Numbered from the stretch's first letter, positions 1-12,823 are shown. The stretch: 64,000 nucleotides of DNA from Octopus sinensis (GCF_006345805.1 NC_043019.1:12089360-12153359); one strand, 5' to 3'. The notes: generated from the sequence alone by a model not told the origin. A program made the numbers and translations.

Positions 1-1137
1 TTCGTCTGTCAAATTCTGCCGAGGTCGACTTTGCCCTTCATTCTTTCAGGTTCGATAAATTAAGTACCAGTGAAACACTGGGGTCGATGCAATTAACTAG
101 TCACCCTCCCCTCAAATTTCAGACCTTGTGCTTATAGTAGAAAGGATTATTATTGTTATTATTAAGGCAGCAAGTTGTTAGCACACCAGACAAAATGCAC
201 AACAGTATTTCAGTCAAGAGATATTATTGACTTCCCCGCTTCATATATATTTGAAACCAATATATGTGTGTGTGTGTGAAGATATATGCGTTTCAGTGTG
301 TGTATACATATACTGTTAATCCCTACATATTTTTTTCTCCCTCCATTTTTTTCTGTTCTCTCTCCATCTTTTTCCCTCTCAATTCTTTCTATTGAAGAGC
401 ATGGGCTTGAAACATCGACGACTTTTCCATTCTTCCTGAGTGTCTGTTCTCTCTCCAACTTTTTCCCTCTCAATCCTTTCTGTCAAAGAGCATGGGCTCA
501 AAACATCAATGACTTTTCCATTCTTCCTGAGTGCCAGACTAATACACCTGCTTGTTGTTCCCTCACCTGTCTTTGTCATTTGTTTTCTGTAAATTTGAAC
601 TATATGTGTGTATGTGTATACATTCTGTCTCACTCTCTTTCTTTCACACCCAAATCAATATTGTTAACGTCTCTTGGTGATTCAGGGTGAAATACAAAGT
701 TGTAGCTGCTGTTATAATAATGAAATTATTGTATACAGTGCTCAGGTGCACCACAACTTGTCAGAAAGTGCTTATAAAGTATATGCAGTAATGTACAAAT
801 GTCTGGAAAGCGAACAATGTATGAGTCAGATACATGCTTGTGTGTGTATGGAGGGGAGGAAATCAGGTGTAGTGTTGGCGAATCTCAGGAAGCATGGAAG
901 TTTTGAAGGATGCAGTGCTCCGACAACTAACAACTGATGCCGGCAGTCTGTTCCATGCTTCAGCAACTCTCAGCGTGAAAAAATGTTTCCTGAAGTCATG
1001 GGAGCTGTGCTGTTTTCTGACTTTGTAAATATGTCCACGGGTGTTAGACGGGTGGAGTCTGTTGTTGTTATAGTTTTTATTTTTCTTTCTCTTCCACTCA
1101 CTGCTGTCATTGATCTTAACTCCCGCCCCCCTCACAG

Positions 1138-1252
1138 ACATCATCCGACAGAGAACGGATGACTTGGATCTCAAGAAATACTGTGTCGACCTACTTGAAC
1201 AGCGTGGCACCTTTGATTATGTCAAGACTGTTTTAGTTGACTATGAAGAGAA
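1138..1252 (+). CDS. GGPS1: Geranylgeranyl pyrophosphate synthase, penultimate coding exon (gene 5' part lies upstream of the window)
   Basis: cacag|AC...GAG AA|gtaagt, 115 nt. Translates (x)IIRQRTDDLDLKKYCVDLLEQRGTFDYVKTVLVDYEE(K), matching human GGPPS NILRQRTENIDIKKYCVHYLEDVGSFEYTRNTLKELEAK. Confidence 0.93.
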
Positions 1253-2166
1253 GTAAGTGATACTTTTATTGTTTTTGGTGTTGTTGTTTAGCCATGGGTT
1301 AGCTGTGGTCAAGCTGACCTATGTGTAACTCTTTTGATACCAACTTGTCTGAGACTCCCCCTTTCTGTTTTAAACTAATCTAAATCAAGATCTTCCCACG
1401 AAATGTGTTAATTTATGTTCCAGACCTTAGATAAATGAAGTACCGTAAATCCTTGAATATAGTCCGCCCTTGAGTATAATATGCAGGGAATTTTTAGGGG
1501 GCTGTATCTCTGAAAAACCTAAACCTTGTGTATAATACGCACCCCTTCTCTAACTTGAGTCAAGGAGCTCTATATAACGTCCTTGGTTTGTAAAACTGTA
1601 TACGGTAACGTCCTTTATTATTATTGTATATATAACACAATGCAAATGTGTAGCTTTTTTGTGCATTTTGTTTGCAGAAAATAAAGAAATAACAGTAATA
1701 ACGTTTAATAAATGTTGCTTACTGCAAGTTATGGATGATTCTTTTATAACTTCATTGCTTAAAGTATTTTTGCGCCCGACATCACAAAATGCGTCTGAAT
1801 AAACATTGCCGGACAGCAAAGAGAGACTCGGACCGTGCTTAGAAAATAATTTTCATTTTTAACCTTGTATATAGTACGCACTGGGCATTTTGACCTGTAA
1901 ATTTTAGGAAAAAAATGTGGACTATATTCGAGGATTTACGGTAATCCCTCAACTGATAGCTTTGAGATTTTGATGACGTGATTGTTTATTTTTAGAAAGA
2001 AATTATAGGGTAGATGACAGAGGCCAGATCTGGCCAGTTTGAAGATTAAATGGGTAGAATATTTTGGCCGGATATGGTCAGTTTGAATGCCATATCCAGA
2101 TTTTAAAAATCTGCAGAATGGAATTGCTACAATATATGGTTTCACCATATTTTTTCTATTTTCCAG

Positions 2167-2248
2167 AATCTTCAAAGAAATTGAATCATTTGGTGGAAAT
2201 TCAAACCTTGTTGCTCTCCTTAACGACTTCAAGATCGATCAGCGATGA
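2167..2248 (+). CDS. GGPS1: Geranylgeranyl pyrophosphate synthase, last coding exon
   Basis: ttccag|A completes the AAA codon (phase 2 from previous exon). Reads IFKEIESFGGNSNLVALLNDFKIDQR*, TGA 2246-2248; matches human AYKQIDARGGNPELVALVKHL. ATTAAA-type signals follow. Confidence 0.92.
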
Positions 2249-4137
2249 TAATTAAAGCACCATTAAAAAAAAAAATCAAGAGACATTTTCCAGTATGTGA
2301 AGAAATCCTCAGAAATACACATTTACTGACACAAAATAAAAATTAAAGAAAAAAAAAATTTTTTTTTTAAAGCACTAATTCTTTATTTAAATATAAAAAA
2401 AAGAGAAAAAAAGAAAACAGCACTTTTGGATTTAAGTTGACAGGAAATCTCAGAAAAAAAGCACAAGTTTGATTGTTTTATTAAAATTATTATTATTATC
2501 ATTGTTATCATTATTATTATTATTATTATTATCATCATCATTATCATTGTTATTATTATTATTAAGGTGCCGAGCTGCCAGAATCATTAGTATGCTGGGC
2601 AAAATGCTTAGTAACATTTCATGTCTATATGCTCTGAGCTGAAATTCTGCCAAGGTTGACTTTGCCTTTTAACCCTTCGGGGCCGATTAAACAAGTACCA
2701 GTCAAGCACTGGGGTCAATATAATCAACTTGCCCCCCCTCCCGCCTTTCCCCAAATTTCAGACCTTATGCTTCTAATAGAAAGGATTATTGTTATTATGG
2801 GATGCATGACCTAGTAGCTAGGTTGTTGCACTCTTGATGGTGAGATTGTGGTTTCAATTCCTAGACCAGGTATTATTATTATTATTAAGGTGCCGAGCAG
2901 GCAGAATCATTAGCCTGTCAGGCAAAATGCTTCGTGTATTTCGTCTGCCGCTACGTTCTGAGTTCAAATTCTGCCGAGGTCGACTTTGCTTTTCATCCTT
3001 TCGGGGTCGATTAAAGTACCTGTTATGCACTGGGTTCGATATAATCGACTTAATCCGTTTGTCTGTCTTCTCTGTATTTAGCCCCTTGTGGGTAGCAAAG
3101 AAATAGGTATTTTGTCCATTTTAACATTCTGAGCTCAAATTCTGCCAAGGTTGACTTTTTGGCCGTAGTGCCACCAAAATAAAGAAAGTAAGGTTGACTT
3201 TGCTTTTCATCCTTTCAAGATTGATAAAATAAATACCAGTCAAGCACTGGGATCAATGTAATTGACTCATCCTCGCCCCCCAAAATTGCTGGCTTTGTGC
3301 CAACATTTGAAATCGTAATCATCATCATTATCATTATTATTAAGGCAGTGAGCTGGCAGAAATGCTTAGTGGCATTTTGCCTGTCTTCGTGTTCTGAGTT
3401 CAAATTCCACTGAGGTCAACTTTGCCTTTCAGAATCGATAAATAAAGTACCAGTGAAACACTAGGGTAAATGTAATCGACGAGTCCCCTCCCCTCAAATT
3501 TCAGGCCTTGTGCCTTTAGAAGAAAGATTATTATTGTCAGTCTTTTAAAAAAATTTTTAAAACTGTGAACCAAGCCATCTCTTTTTATTTCTTTATTGCC
3601 CACAAGGGCTAAACATAGAGGGGACAAACAAAGATAGACAAAGGGATTAAGTCGATTACATCGACCCCAGTGTGTAACAGGTACTTAATTTATCGACCCC
3701 GAAAGGATGAAAGGCAAAGTCGATCTCAGAACATAACGGCAGATGAACTACCGATAAGCATTTCGCCCAGCATGCTAACGTTTCTGCCAGCTCGCTGCCT
3801 TCTGCTATATGGTTTAACTCCTAAAATTGGTAGTACTGCCCCCTTGGGGGTGGTGGTGGAAAGATTCAGTGTGTATTGGGGGGGGGGGTTATTGAAGAAA
3901 AGTGGGGGCAAGCAGGTAATGGATGTAAAATAAAAAAAAATAATAAGTTTATTACGTTAAGTTTTATTTGAGAAACACAGTTTTGAACTTGCTGCAGAAA
4001 GTGGCCTACGTTTGTAGTGGTGGGTTTATGTTTTTTGGGAGGCACTAGGAATGTGTCCCAGGCATCAAGCACACGGTGGCTTGAAAATGTTTGAGAACCA
4101 CTAGTTTAACTTATTAACAGAAATATTGGCAAATTCT

Positions 4138-4365
4138 AAGGCGGCAAGCTGGCAAAAACGTTAGCACGCCAGGCAAAATGCTTAGCGGTATTTCGTCTGC
4201 CATTACGTTCTGAGTTCAAATTCCGCCGAGGTCGACTTTGCCTTTCATCCTTTTGGGGTCGATAAATTAAGTACCAGTTACGCACTGGGGTCAATGTAAT
4301 CGACTTAATCCCTTTGTCCTTGTTTGTCCCCTCTATGTTTAACCCCTTGTGGGCAATAAAGAATT
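4138..4365 (+). mobile_element. SINE family B (~230 nt), representative
   Basis: AAGGCGGCAAGCTGGC...GAGTTCAAATTCCGCCGAGGTCGACTTTGCCTTTCATCCTTTYGGGGTCGATAAATTAAGTACC...GGGCAATAAAGAA. The central block resembles the deeply conserved Nin-type SINE domain (from memory, not verified). Approximate copies: 1-150, 2566-2790, 2888-3105, 3345-3530, 3586-3800(-), 13070-13295(-), 22265-22490(-), 24398-24630(-), 28075-28440(-, tandem partial), 28500-28708, 46010-46195(-), 61953-62178(-). Confidence 0.85.
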
Positions 4366-5363
4366 AAGAAATATTGGCAAATATCTTAGTATGCAAAATA
4401 AAAGAAAGACAAGGAAATGCAGAGTAGTCATGTTTGCATAAGAAAATCCTCATCTTAAAAATTCACTTTTCCATAGAATTTTTAGTGAGGCAGATTTTCT
4501 ACTGCTGGGTACTCTTCCCGTCTCCAACACTCAACTGATTCCAAGCAAGGTAACATTTCCCCTCGATCAGAACAATATTTTTCACAGAATATTGGAAATA
4601 AATGACAGTTTGTATAACATGACATTCACTTACCGCTACCATGTAATTTCAAGACAAAGATATATAAACATATACACACACACACACACATCATCATTTA
4701 ATGCCCACTTTCCATGCTGGCATGGGTTGGACGGTTTGACTGAGGACTGGCAAGCCAGGAGGCTGCACCAGGCTCCAATCTGATCTGGCAAGGTTTCTAC
4801 AGCTGGGTTCCCTTCTTAATGCCAACCACTCCAAGAGTGAAGTGGGTGCTTTTTATGTGCCACTGGCACAGGGGCCAATCAGGCAGCACTGGTATCGACC
4901 ACGCTCAAATGGTGCTTTTTACATGCCACCTGCACAGGAGCCAGTCAGATGGAACTGGCATCAACCACATATATATAAACATACACACATACATATATAT
5001 ATATATACACACACACATAATGGGCTTCTTTCAGTTTCTGTCTATAAAATCTATTCTCATAGCTTTGAAGCCCAGGACTATTATAGAAGGCATTTAATTA
5101 ATCAAGGTGCCCCATAGTGAGACTGAACCCAAAATCAAGTGGCTGCAAAGCAATCTTAACCACACAGTCATGCCTACTAGATAAGTTTACAATTTCATCT
5201 AGTCCATTACTCTCTCTCTTTCTCTCCACACACACATCTGTGACAAAACAAACACATCCCAAGTTAAATGCTTTCATATATCGTTTTTACTTCATTAAAA
5301 TATTTTCTTTCTTTTTCTTCCCACAATAAAATAACATAGTATAATTAATAAATCGTTAGTTGC

Positions 5364-5411
5364 TTTGCACTGATGAAATTCAAGCAAATCGAAACAGTAG
5401 CTGTGTACGAA
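5364..5411 (+). ncRNA. Minimal type I hammerhead-ribozyme-like motif (intact core, GUG triplet)
   Basis: TTTGCA-CTGATGA-A-ATT(caagca)AAT-C-GAAA-CAG(tag)CTGT-G-TACGAA; core boxes and three helices can be drawn, helix I imperfect. Confidence 0.55.
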
Positions 5412-6146
5412 AATGTTAAGGACTTTGTAGTTGAATGTGAAATAGAAACTAAAATTGATTTAAATAAAAATGCATAAAGATTATACAACATACTTCATTC
5501 CATTGACCTTTTAACATTCAAATTACTCTGTCAATTGCGGAACCTATTTATTCACAATGTTTTGAATTCTTGTAGCTTCAAGATTTTGATTGTAATTGTT
5601 TTACTTTTAGAATGGCATTGTAGGATAGGTGTGAGAGGCTGGATCTGGTCAGTTTGAACATGAAACAAGTTCAGATACAGCTGGTTTGAATACTAATGGG
5701 TTAAATTAAAATTTGTTTTCACTAATGGAAAAATAAATTCTGGCAAAACGATTCTGTCCATTGAGACAGAAATGGATGGCCAATGAACCAACACATCTCA
5801 TGGCGTCTTTTGAAAGATTACGATCTGTTTGTCAAGAGGAGCTGCAGCTGTTCCCCAAAATCTAATTGTTTCTCTTATCACTTTGCCTGCCTTCAAAACT
5901 GATGGAAACCACCACCACTACCACTACCAAAACCAGCACATGATTAAATGTTTTGTTGAGCAAGACACTAGAAGGGGTAGGGGAAAAAAAAGCAGAAGCA
6001 AACAAACAACAAATATATAGCACTCACTACTTTGTTTCAGAAAATAATTTTAAAAATACATACGATTGTTTTGTTTTCAGTTCTAATTCTTTTCCCAAAA
6101 TATAAGATAGTATTTAATTTTGAAATAAAATTGATATGTTTAAACA

Positions 6147-6311
6147 GGCGCAGGAGTGGCTGTGTGGTAAGTAGCTTGCTTACCAACCACATGGTTCCGG
6201 GTTCAGTCCCACTGCGTGGCACCTTGGGCAAGTGTCTTCTACTATAGCCTCGGGCCGACCAAAGCCTTGTGAGTGGATTTGGTAAACGGAAACTGAAAGA
6301 AGCCTGTCGTA

Positions 6312-6345
<34 letters not shown>

Positions 6346-6556
6346 CGTGTGTATGTTTCTGTATGTGTGTTTGTCCCCCTAGCATTGCTTGACAAACGAT
6401 GCTGGTGTGTCTACGTCCCCGTAACTTAGCGGTTCGGCAAAAGGGACCGATAGAATAAGTACAAAGAATAAGTCCCGGGGTCGATTTGATCGACTAAAGG
6501 CTGTGCTGCAGCATGGCCGCAGTCAAATGACTGAAACAAGTAAAAGAGTAAAAGAG
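6147..6556 (+). mobile_element. tRNA-headed SINE family A, full-length representative of the dominant family
   Basis: Head GGCGCAGGAGTGGCTGTGTGGTAAG...GGTTCAGTCCC (A/B-box-like), core GGCACCTTGGGCAAGTGTCTT, internal (TA)n(TG)n, tail (AGTAAAAG)n. Approximate other copies: + 6722-7110, 10958-11355, 19736-20143, 40026-40417, 41829-42243, 47826-48215; - 10102-10490, 25536-25862, 35067-35420, 45123-45511, 47215-47565, 56322-56757, 61477-61870, 62580-63000, 63270-63679; plus partial copies. Confidence 0.9.
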
Positions 6557-7154
6557 ACTTTTTTTCTTTTGTCTTGGTACATTTTTTTCACAAGCTGACA
6601 AATTTTTAAATTTCATTTATTGCTGTCTTTCTCTTCATGTTGCCTCATCTGGGATGCCACTAACACCGAGCTGTTAGGTGATGCCCATAAGAATCAGATA
6701 CAGTTGTAATGTCTCGGTTGGAAGGAGTGGCTGTGTGGTAAGTAGCTTGCTTATGAACCACACGGTTCCGGGTTCAGTCCCATTGCATGGCACCTCGGGC
6801 AAGTGTCTTCTACTATAGCCTTGGGCCGACCAAAGCTTGTGAATGGATTTGGTAGCTGGAAACTGTGAGAAGCCTGGCACATACATATATCTGGGTGTGT
6901 GTCTTTGTGTCTGTGTTTGTCTGCCATCACAGCTTGACAACCAGTGTTGGTGTGTTTATGTTCCCGTAACTTAGCAGTTCAGCAAAAGAACTGATAGCAT
7001 AAGCTTTAAAAAAATAAGTACTGGGGTCAATTCGTTTGACTAAAATCCTTCAAGGTGGTGCCCCAGCATGGCCGCAGTCTAATGACTGAAACAAGTAAAA
7101 GAATAAAAGATGCAAGATATATGTGTGTGTGTGTTTGTGAGTATGGGTTGATTT

Positions 7155-7271
7155 TTATTTAGTGGTAGGGGTCGAAGAAGATTTGAAGAAGGAATCCATT
7201 AGAGACCTTTGTCGTTTCGTCTGTCTTTCATCTCCAGCAATTTTGTGTTTTGTTGATGGTTTCTTGTGAGG
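7155..7271 (-). CDS. MUTYH: MUTYH last coding exon (PHKKPSTKHKIAGDERQTKRQRSLMDSFFKSSSTPTTK*)
   Basis: Long pyrimidine tract, ctgcag|CCT, phase 0; basic NLS-like stretch plus PIP-box-like QRSLMDSFF; TAA at 7157-7155. Confidence 0.85.
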   Translation of the reverse strand, partial: PHKKPSTKHKIAGDERQTKRQRSLMDSFFKSSSTPTTK

Positions 7272-7748
7272 CTGCAGCGAAGAAGAAATAGAAAGAAATA
7301 AAGAGAGAGAAAGAGAAAGAGGGATGTCAAGCACATGTCTGCTGATAATTAACTTCTTTTGATAACACCAACCGGCCTGAGGCCGACCCCCTGGTTCTAT
7401 GATACAAACTTTCTGGTTTAAAGGGATCGAAATGGTAGTTTCTGTCTCAAATACAAGCTCACTAATGATAAAGGTATTTTATTTAATTTTTCATTATTTT
7501 CCAAATTAAGTGAAACAAATGCAGTGTATTTCTATAGAAATATGGTAACAAAAGGGTTAAATATTGTATGACTCTATGAGTCTGCATTTTGTGACTCACC
7601 TAAGACTGACACATGGTTCTATGTTACAAACTTTCTGTTTTAAACTCATCTAAATTTCATGTTAATTTAAGTTTAAAATTTATGATCAAAATTCCACATT
7701 ATTTTCAAAATTAATCGAAATAAAGGAAATGCAGTATTTCAACGGAAA

Positions 7749-8145
7749 TCTTTATATATAAAAGAGAGGTTGTGTACTGTCTGTCTCTACGATTTAGATT
7801 CCTAACTACTCCCACATTTTGCGGTGCAGTTTAACCAGAACCGGGTATCTTATAGTCGTGATTCATATCGAGCCCTTCTGGGTATTAGCGCGCGTCTACG
7901 ATGAGTCTACGGTTTTAAAAAAATTTACCATCAATTTTTCCCATTTTTAATGCATTTTTGGCATATATAAGGGAAGTAACTCTCTAAAAATTTATTATTA
8001 AATCTCAGAACGTAAAAAGCTACAGTAACACCCCCCCCCCTTTGTGGTTAGCCATATTGAGATGGCTATTATACTTTACATCTTTAAAAATGCTTATATA
8101 GTTATTTCCCTTACAAACCCAAGCAACGCCGGGCGATACTGCTAG
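7749..8145 (+). mobile_element. Non-autonomous Helitron
   Basis: A|TCTTTATATATAAAAG 5' end; subterminal CCCAAGCAACGCCGGG hairpin; CTAG|T 3' end; no TSD. Confidence 0.88.
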
Positions 8146-8715
8146 TATGATAATAAAAGGTAAGTGATCTAAATTAGAACCTTCCAGCAAAATTTCATGT
8201 TAAGTTTTGTTCCAAACACCAGCTTAATAATGACAGTTATTTTACACTATTTACATTTGACGGATATTTGTACTCATCTTGTTTGTTCCCTGTAGCTTAG
8301 TGGTTTGGAAAAAAGAGACCAATAGAATAAGTACTAGGCTTACAAAGAATAAGTCCTGGCACCAACTTGATCGACTAAAGGCAGTACACCAGCATGGCCT
8401 CAGTTAAATGATTGAAAACAATAAAAGAATATATATATACATACATACACATATTCATCCCTCTCTTGTGTATAGAAAGCTTGCTGAAAAGTTCCTGGCT
8501 TAGGGTAAAAGAAAATACCGGGGGATCAGTTAATTATGATTTTATCCAACATATTCTCTTCTCAGATTCATGCATTTATTGTAGCAGTCCTTCAGTTTCT
8601 CTAAGCCCTGTAAAAGAATTCGGAAGGTTGGGTCTCCAGCCTGGCCTTTCATGATATCCTTAAAGCCAGAAACTTTACAGCACCCCATCATATAAACTTT
8701 GGAAACAGTACTCAC

Positions 8716-8757
8716 GGATGATGTTTTCTTTTGAGAATCTTCAAATCTTTTGAAAAC
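8716..8757 (-). CDS. MUTYH: MUTYH coding exon 15 (VFKRFEDSQKKTSS)
   Basis: tttaag|GTT...TCC|gtgagt, 42 nt. Same size and VF start as the human penultimate exon (VFRVYQGQQPGTCM). Confidence 0.88.
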
Positions 8758-9230
8758 CTTAAAAAAAAACAAAAATATAATTAAGAAAAATAGTAAAGAA
8801 AAGAAATATATTAAACAAAACCCCAGTGCCAATATATGGAGAAGATTACATGTGTGGTATGAAGTTTGCTTCCCAACCACATGGTTCCAGGTTCAGTCCT
8901 ACTGCATGGCACCTTGGGCAAGTGTCTTCTACTGTAGTCCTGGATCAACCAAAGCCTTATGAGTGGATTTGGTAGACAGAAACTGAAAGAAACCTGTTAT
9001 ATATATACATTACGGGGATGTACTTGCATAGCAAGTGACCTGATCTGAGATCGTGTGCTGGAACGAAAACAATTGCACCGTGGAAAGTGTTTATAAGCCA
9101 TTTAAGAAACACAAAAACTGTTAGATTCACTTCAGCATTTAAATTTAATTTATCAAAATATTTTCATCGCTTTGAGACCACGACCTGTTCACTGACAAAA
9201 CTTTGTGCTGCATCATATATATATATATAT

Positions 9231-9527
9231 ATCACGTGACCGACCAGACCATCAGATGTTGTTACACATTGCTGGTCACAATGCGTTCGCATTGTTTTAG
9301 CCTTCAAATGACGCCACCCCGCTGGCTAAGCAAGCAGGCCAACAGAAGAAAGAGTGGGAGAAAGAGTGGTGAAAGAGTACAGCAGGGTTCACTACACCCT
9401 GCCGGAGCCTCGTGGAGCTTTTAGGTGTTTTCGCTCAGTAAACACTCACAACGCCCGGTCTGGGTATCGAAACCGCGATCCTGCGACCGCGAGTCTGCTG
9501 CCCTAACCACTAGGCCGTTGCACCTCC
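9231..9527 (-). mobile_element. SINE sharing the family D head but with a different 3' half
   Basis: The minus strand matches family D from GGAGGTGCAACGGCCTAGTGG to CTCTTTCACCAC, then continues with unrelated sequence ending GGTCGGTCACGTGAT. Confidence 0.8.
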
Positions 9528-9530
9528 ACA

Positions 9531-9603
<73 letters not shown>

Positions 9604-9876
9604 ATATGTAGGTATGTGTGTGTGTGTGTGTGAGTTTCTTTATGTCTGCGTTTGTTGTCCCACACACCGTTTGACAACAAGATAATGCGTCTCCATAATC
9701 AGAGATGTTTCCAAGGAAAGCTGGAGACAAAGGCCATTGCTTGAATGACGGTGTCGTTCATTTATAACTATCACATGAAACCCAACAGAGTCAGAGCCGG
9801 GAGGGAGGAATGAGTGAGGGCCTGTTAAATAAAAAACAAAAACAAAAACAAAACCAAGATTCTTTTAACAGCTCAC

Positions 9877-10038
9877 CTTTCTCATGGCAGTCGATATGGC
9901 TGATGTCTGCAGCTCTTTTGCGGTCATCCACCGGACAACGGCTGTGCCTACTGGACAGTGGTCAGATGTAGATTTACTGGTGTAGTCAATGACTTCAACA
10001 CAATAGGTTTGATGGATGTGAGAGAAGATGTGGATCAC
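9877..10038 (-). CDS. MUTYH: MUTYH coding exon 14 (VIHIFSHIHQTYCVEV...VRWMTAKELQTSAISTAMRK), FSH loop
   Basis: ttcaag|GTG...AAG|gtgagc, 162 nt. Human VVHTFSHIKLTY...RWLTQEEFHTAAVSTAMKK. Confidence 0.95.
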
Positions 10039-12823
10039 CTTGAATGATGCAAAGGAGAAGAAAATTTTCTTTTTCATGGAGTTTATATATATATATATAT
10101 ATACTCTTTACTCTTTTACTTGTTTCAGTCATTTGACTGCAGCCATGCTGGAGCACCGCCTTTAATCGAGCAACTCGACCCCGGGACTTATTCTTTTTGT
10201 AAGCCCAGTACTTATTCTATCAGTCTCTTTTGCCGAACCGCTAAGTAACGGGGACATAAACACACCAGCATCAGTTGTCAAGCAATGCTAGGGGGACACA
10301 CACACGCATATATATATATACATACATATATACGACAGGCTTCTTTCAGTTTCCATCTACCAAATCCACTCACAAGGCTTTGGTCGGCCCGAGCCTATAG
10401 TAGAAGACACTTGCCCAAGGTGCCACGCAGTGGGACTGAACCCGGAATCATGTGGTCAGGAAGCAAGCTTCTCACCACACAGCCACTCCTATAAATAATA
10501 ATTAATTTAGGCAGTAATGAGCAATGTGTACCAAAATGAAAAACTATAAACACCATTAAATATGATTGAGGGTGTTATAAAAACCTATATTGCTAGAAAT
10601 AAGAGCTAAACACTGCAGCAAAGCACATAATTGTATACATACATGCCAACAAGGACCATAAATGGCCGAAAGCAGTGGTCGATATATATATATATATATA
10701 TATATATTGGGCTGTCCAGAAAGTTCATGCTGATTTTTAAAGGAAAGAAAAAGGTCAATTACAACAGGGACAATGGCAGCTTCTAAGTGGGGTTCCTCAA
10801 TTATCCCTAAAGGTCATCCTGTCTCAAGAAGACTACATCTCTATCATCCCCTAAACCTCCTTTTGTTAATTTTCATATACTATGCATATTTCCCTTCCTT
10901 TTCACTGTATTCCATGTATACTTACTTTTTTTTTTTTATCATTTCTCAATATGTATAGGCGCAGGAGTGGCTGTGTGGTAAGTAGCTTGCTAACCAACCA
11001 CATGGTTCCGGGTTCAGTCCCACTGCGTGGCACCTTGGGCAAGTGTCTTGAACTATAGCCTCGGGCCGACCAAAGCCTTATGAGTGGATTTGGTAGACGG
11101 AAACTGAAAGAAGCCCGTCGTATATATGTATATGTATATGTGTGTATGTGCGTGTGTTTGTGTGTCTGTGTTTGTCCTCCCAACATCGCTTAACAACCGA
11201 TGCTAGTGTTTGCGTTCCCGTAACTAAGCAGTTCGGCAAAAGTGACCGATAGAATGAGTACTAGGTTTACAGAGAATAAGTCTTGGGGTCGATTTGCTCG
11301 ACTAAAAGGCGGTGCTCCACCATGGCCGCAGTCAAATGACTGAAACGAGTAAAAACTAAACAAAACTAGCGAAGAATGGAGAGGAGAAATAGATCTTAGG
11401 AGCAAAAACACGTCAGAAGTAGAAAAGATGGAAAGAGATTAATAAGCATGAAATGCAGCTTTATTAGAAATAACAAAAAAAAAACCACGATTAGCATTCA
11501 TATGAATGTGAAAAGCGACGTTGATAATGTATATATATGATGGAAAAGAAAATCGTCTTTGCATACATTCAACAAGAAACGACTGGGAGAAGGGAGGTAA
11601 GCGAGAAAAAAGTGTGCGTAAAGGGAGATAAGCAAAGCGGTAGCTCTAAAGTGAAGTGTGCGTATGACGTGTATTTACACACACACACATTTCGATTTAG
11701 TTTTCTCTTGCTTGTAAGCGTAAAGGGCAAAATTATTTGAATCCCCCGTCAACTTATCAATGGCATTCGTATTGAATGACTCACTGGGTCTAGAAAATAA
11801 GAAACTTGAAAGCAATTAAGATGACATCGAGCAAAAAGTCACATGATTCGCTGATCCATAACTGTAAAAATTTCAAACTAGATGCATTTTTTACAGTGTA
11901 ATAAATTACACACACACACATCACTTGTATGTACACTTTTCCATACTTTCATACACACACACTCATGATCTTCATCGTTTTAATGTCCAATTTCCCATGC
12001 TGGCATGAATCAGACGAAATTTATTGAGGCTGATTTTCTATGGCCAGATGCAATTCCTATCACCTGTTTCCAAGTAATATTTCCTCATGAGCAGATACGT
12101 TTTCAAGGAAGATTGGAAATGAAAGACTCTGCTTGCATGATGATGATGATGCTCATTTCAAAACAAGGAGACACACACACACACATACAATAAAAAAACT
12201 TGCACTCTCCAGTTTCCTTATTAGTAATTGTCAAAAAACTCCATAGACATTTGTGGGTTCTGAGACGTGTTTGATAAAACAAACCATCTTCAGATTATTG
12301 TCTTATCTGATAATCTGTGCCATGGAGGAATTTAATAGGGTAAGCCCCAGGGTTAATACCTGAATGAAACTATTACACACACACACACATACACATACAC
12401 GACAGGCTTCTTTACATTTTCCCTTTACTAAATCCCTCGCACGATTTTGGCTGGCTTGGGGCTATAGTAGAAGACAATTGGGTTGGGTTGGGGCTATAGT
12501 AGAAGACATTTGCCCAGTGTGCTATGCAGTGGAACTGAACCTGGAATCATGTGGTTTGGAAGCAAGCTTCTTAACCACGTACCTGGTTTGAATCATTGCA
12601 ATGTAAAGAACTCCACTAAATGGTCATGGTAGGATTTAAACTTGCTGACCGAATAAGTCTGCTACCCGAGGTTCTTCACACAAAGAAACATTGAGTGTAT
12701 GAAAACAACACAAAGAGACATGCACACACACATACATACACACACACACACACATACACACACGCACACACACACCCACACACACGCACACATACACACA
12801 CGCACACATACACACACACACAT

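Noticed and set aside
714-1058. Near-identity with 16523-16880 suggesting a segmental duplication or a fixed-length CR1-derived SINE
   Set aside because: Both match the 3' end of the longer CR1 at 36700-37490 and their 5' breakpoints differ on closer reading; independent truncated LINE insertions suffice.
1113-1137. TCTTAAC 16 nt before the GGPS1 acceptor, resembling a U12 branch point
   Set aside because: Imperfect match to TCCTTAAC, and the decisive 5' splice site lies outside the window, so it cannot be supported.
10285-10494. Recurrent small ORF family (RRASFSFRLPNPLTRLWSARGYSRRHLPKVPRSGTEPG) seen more than 15 times, suggesting a peptide gene family
   Set aside because: Antisense translation of SINE A; frames and starts vary and break at the TA tract.
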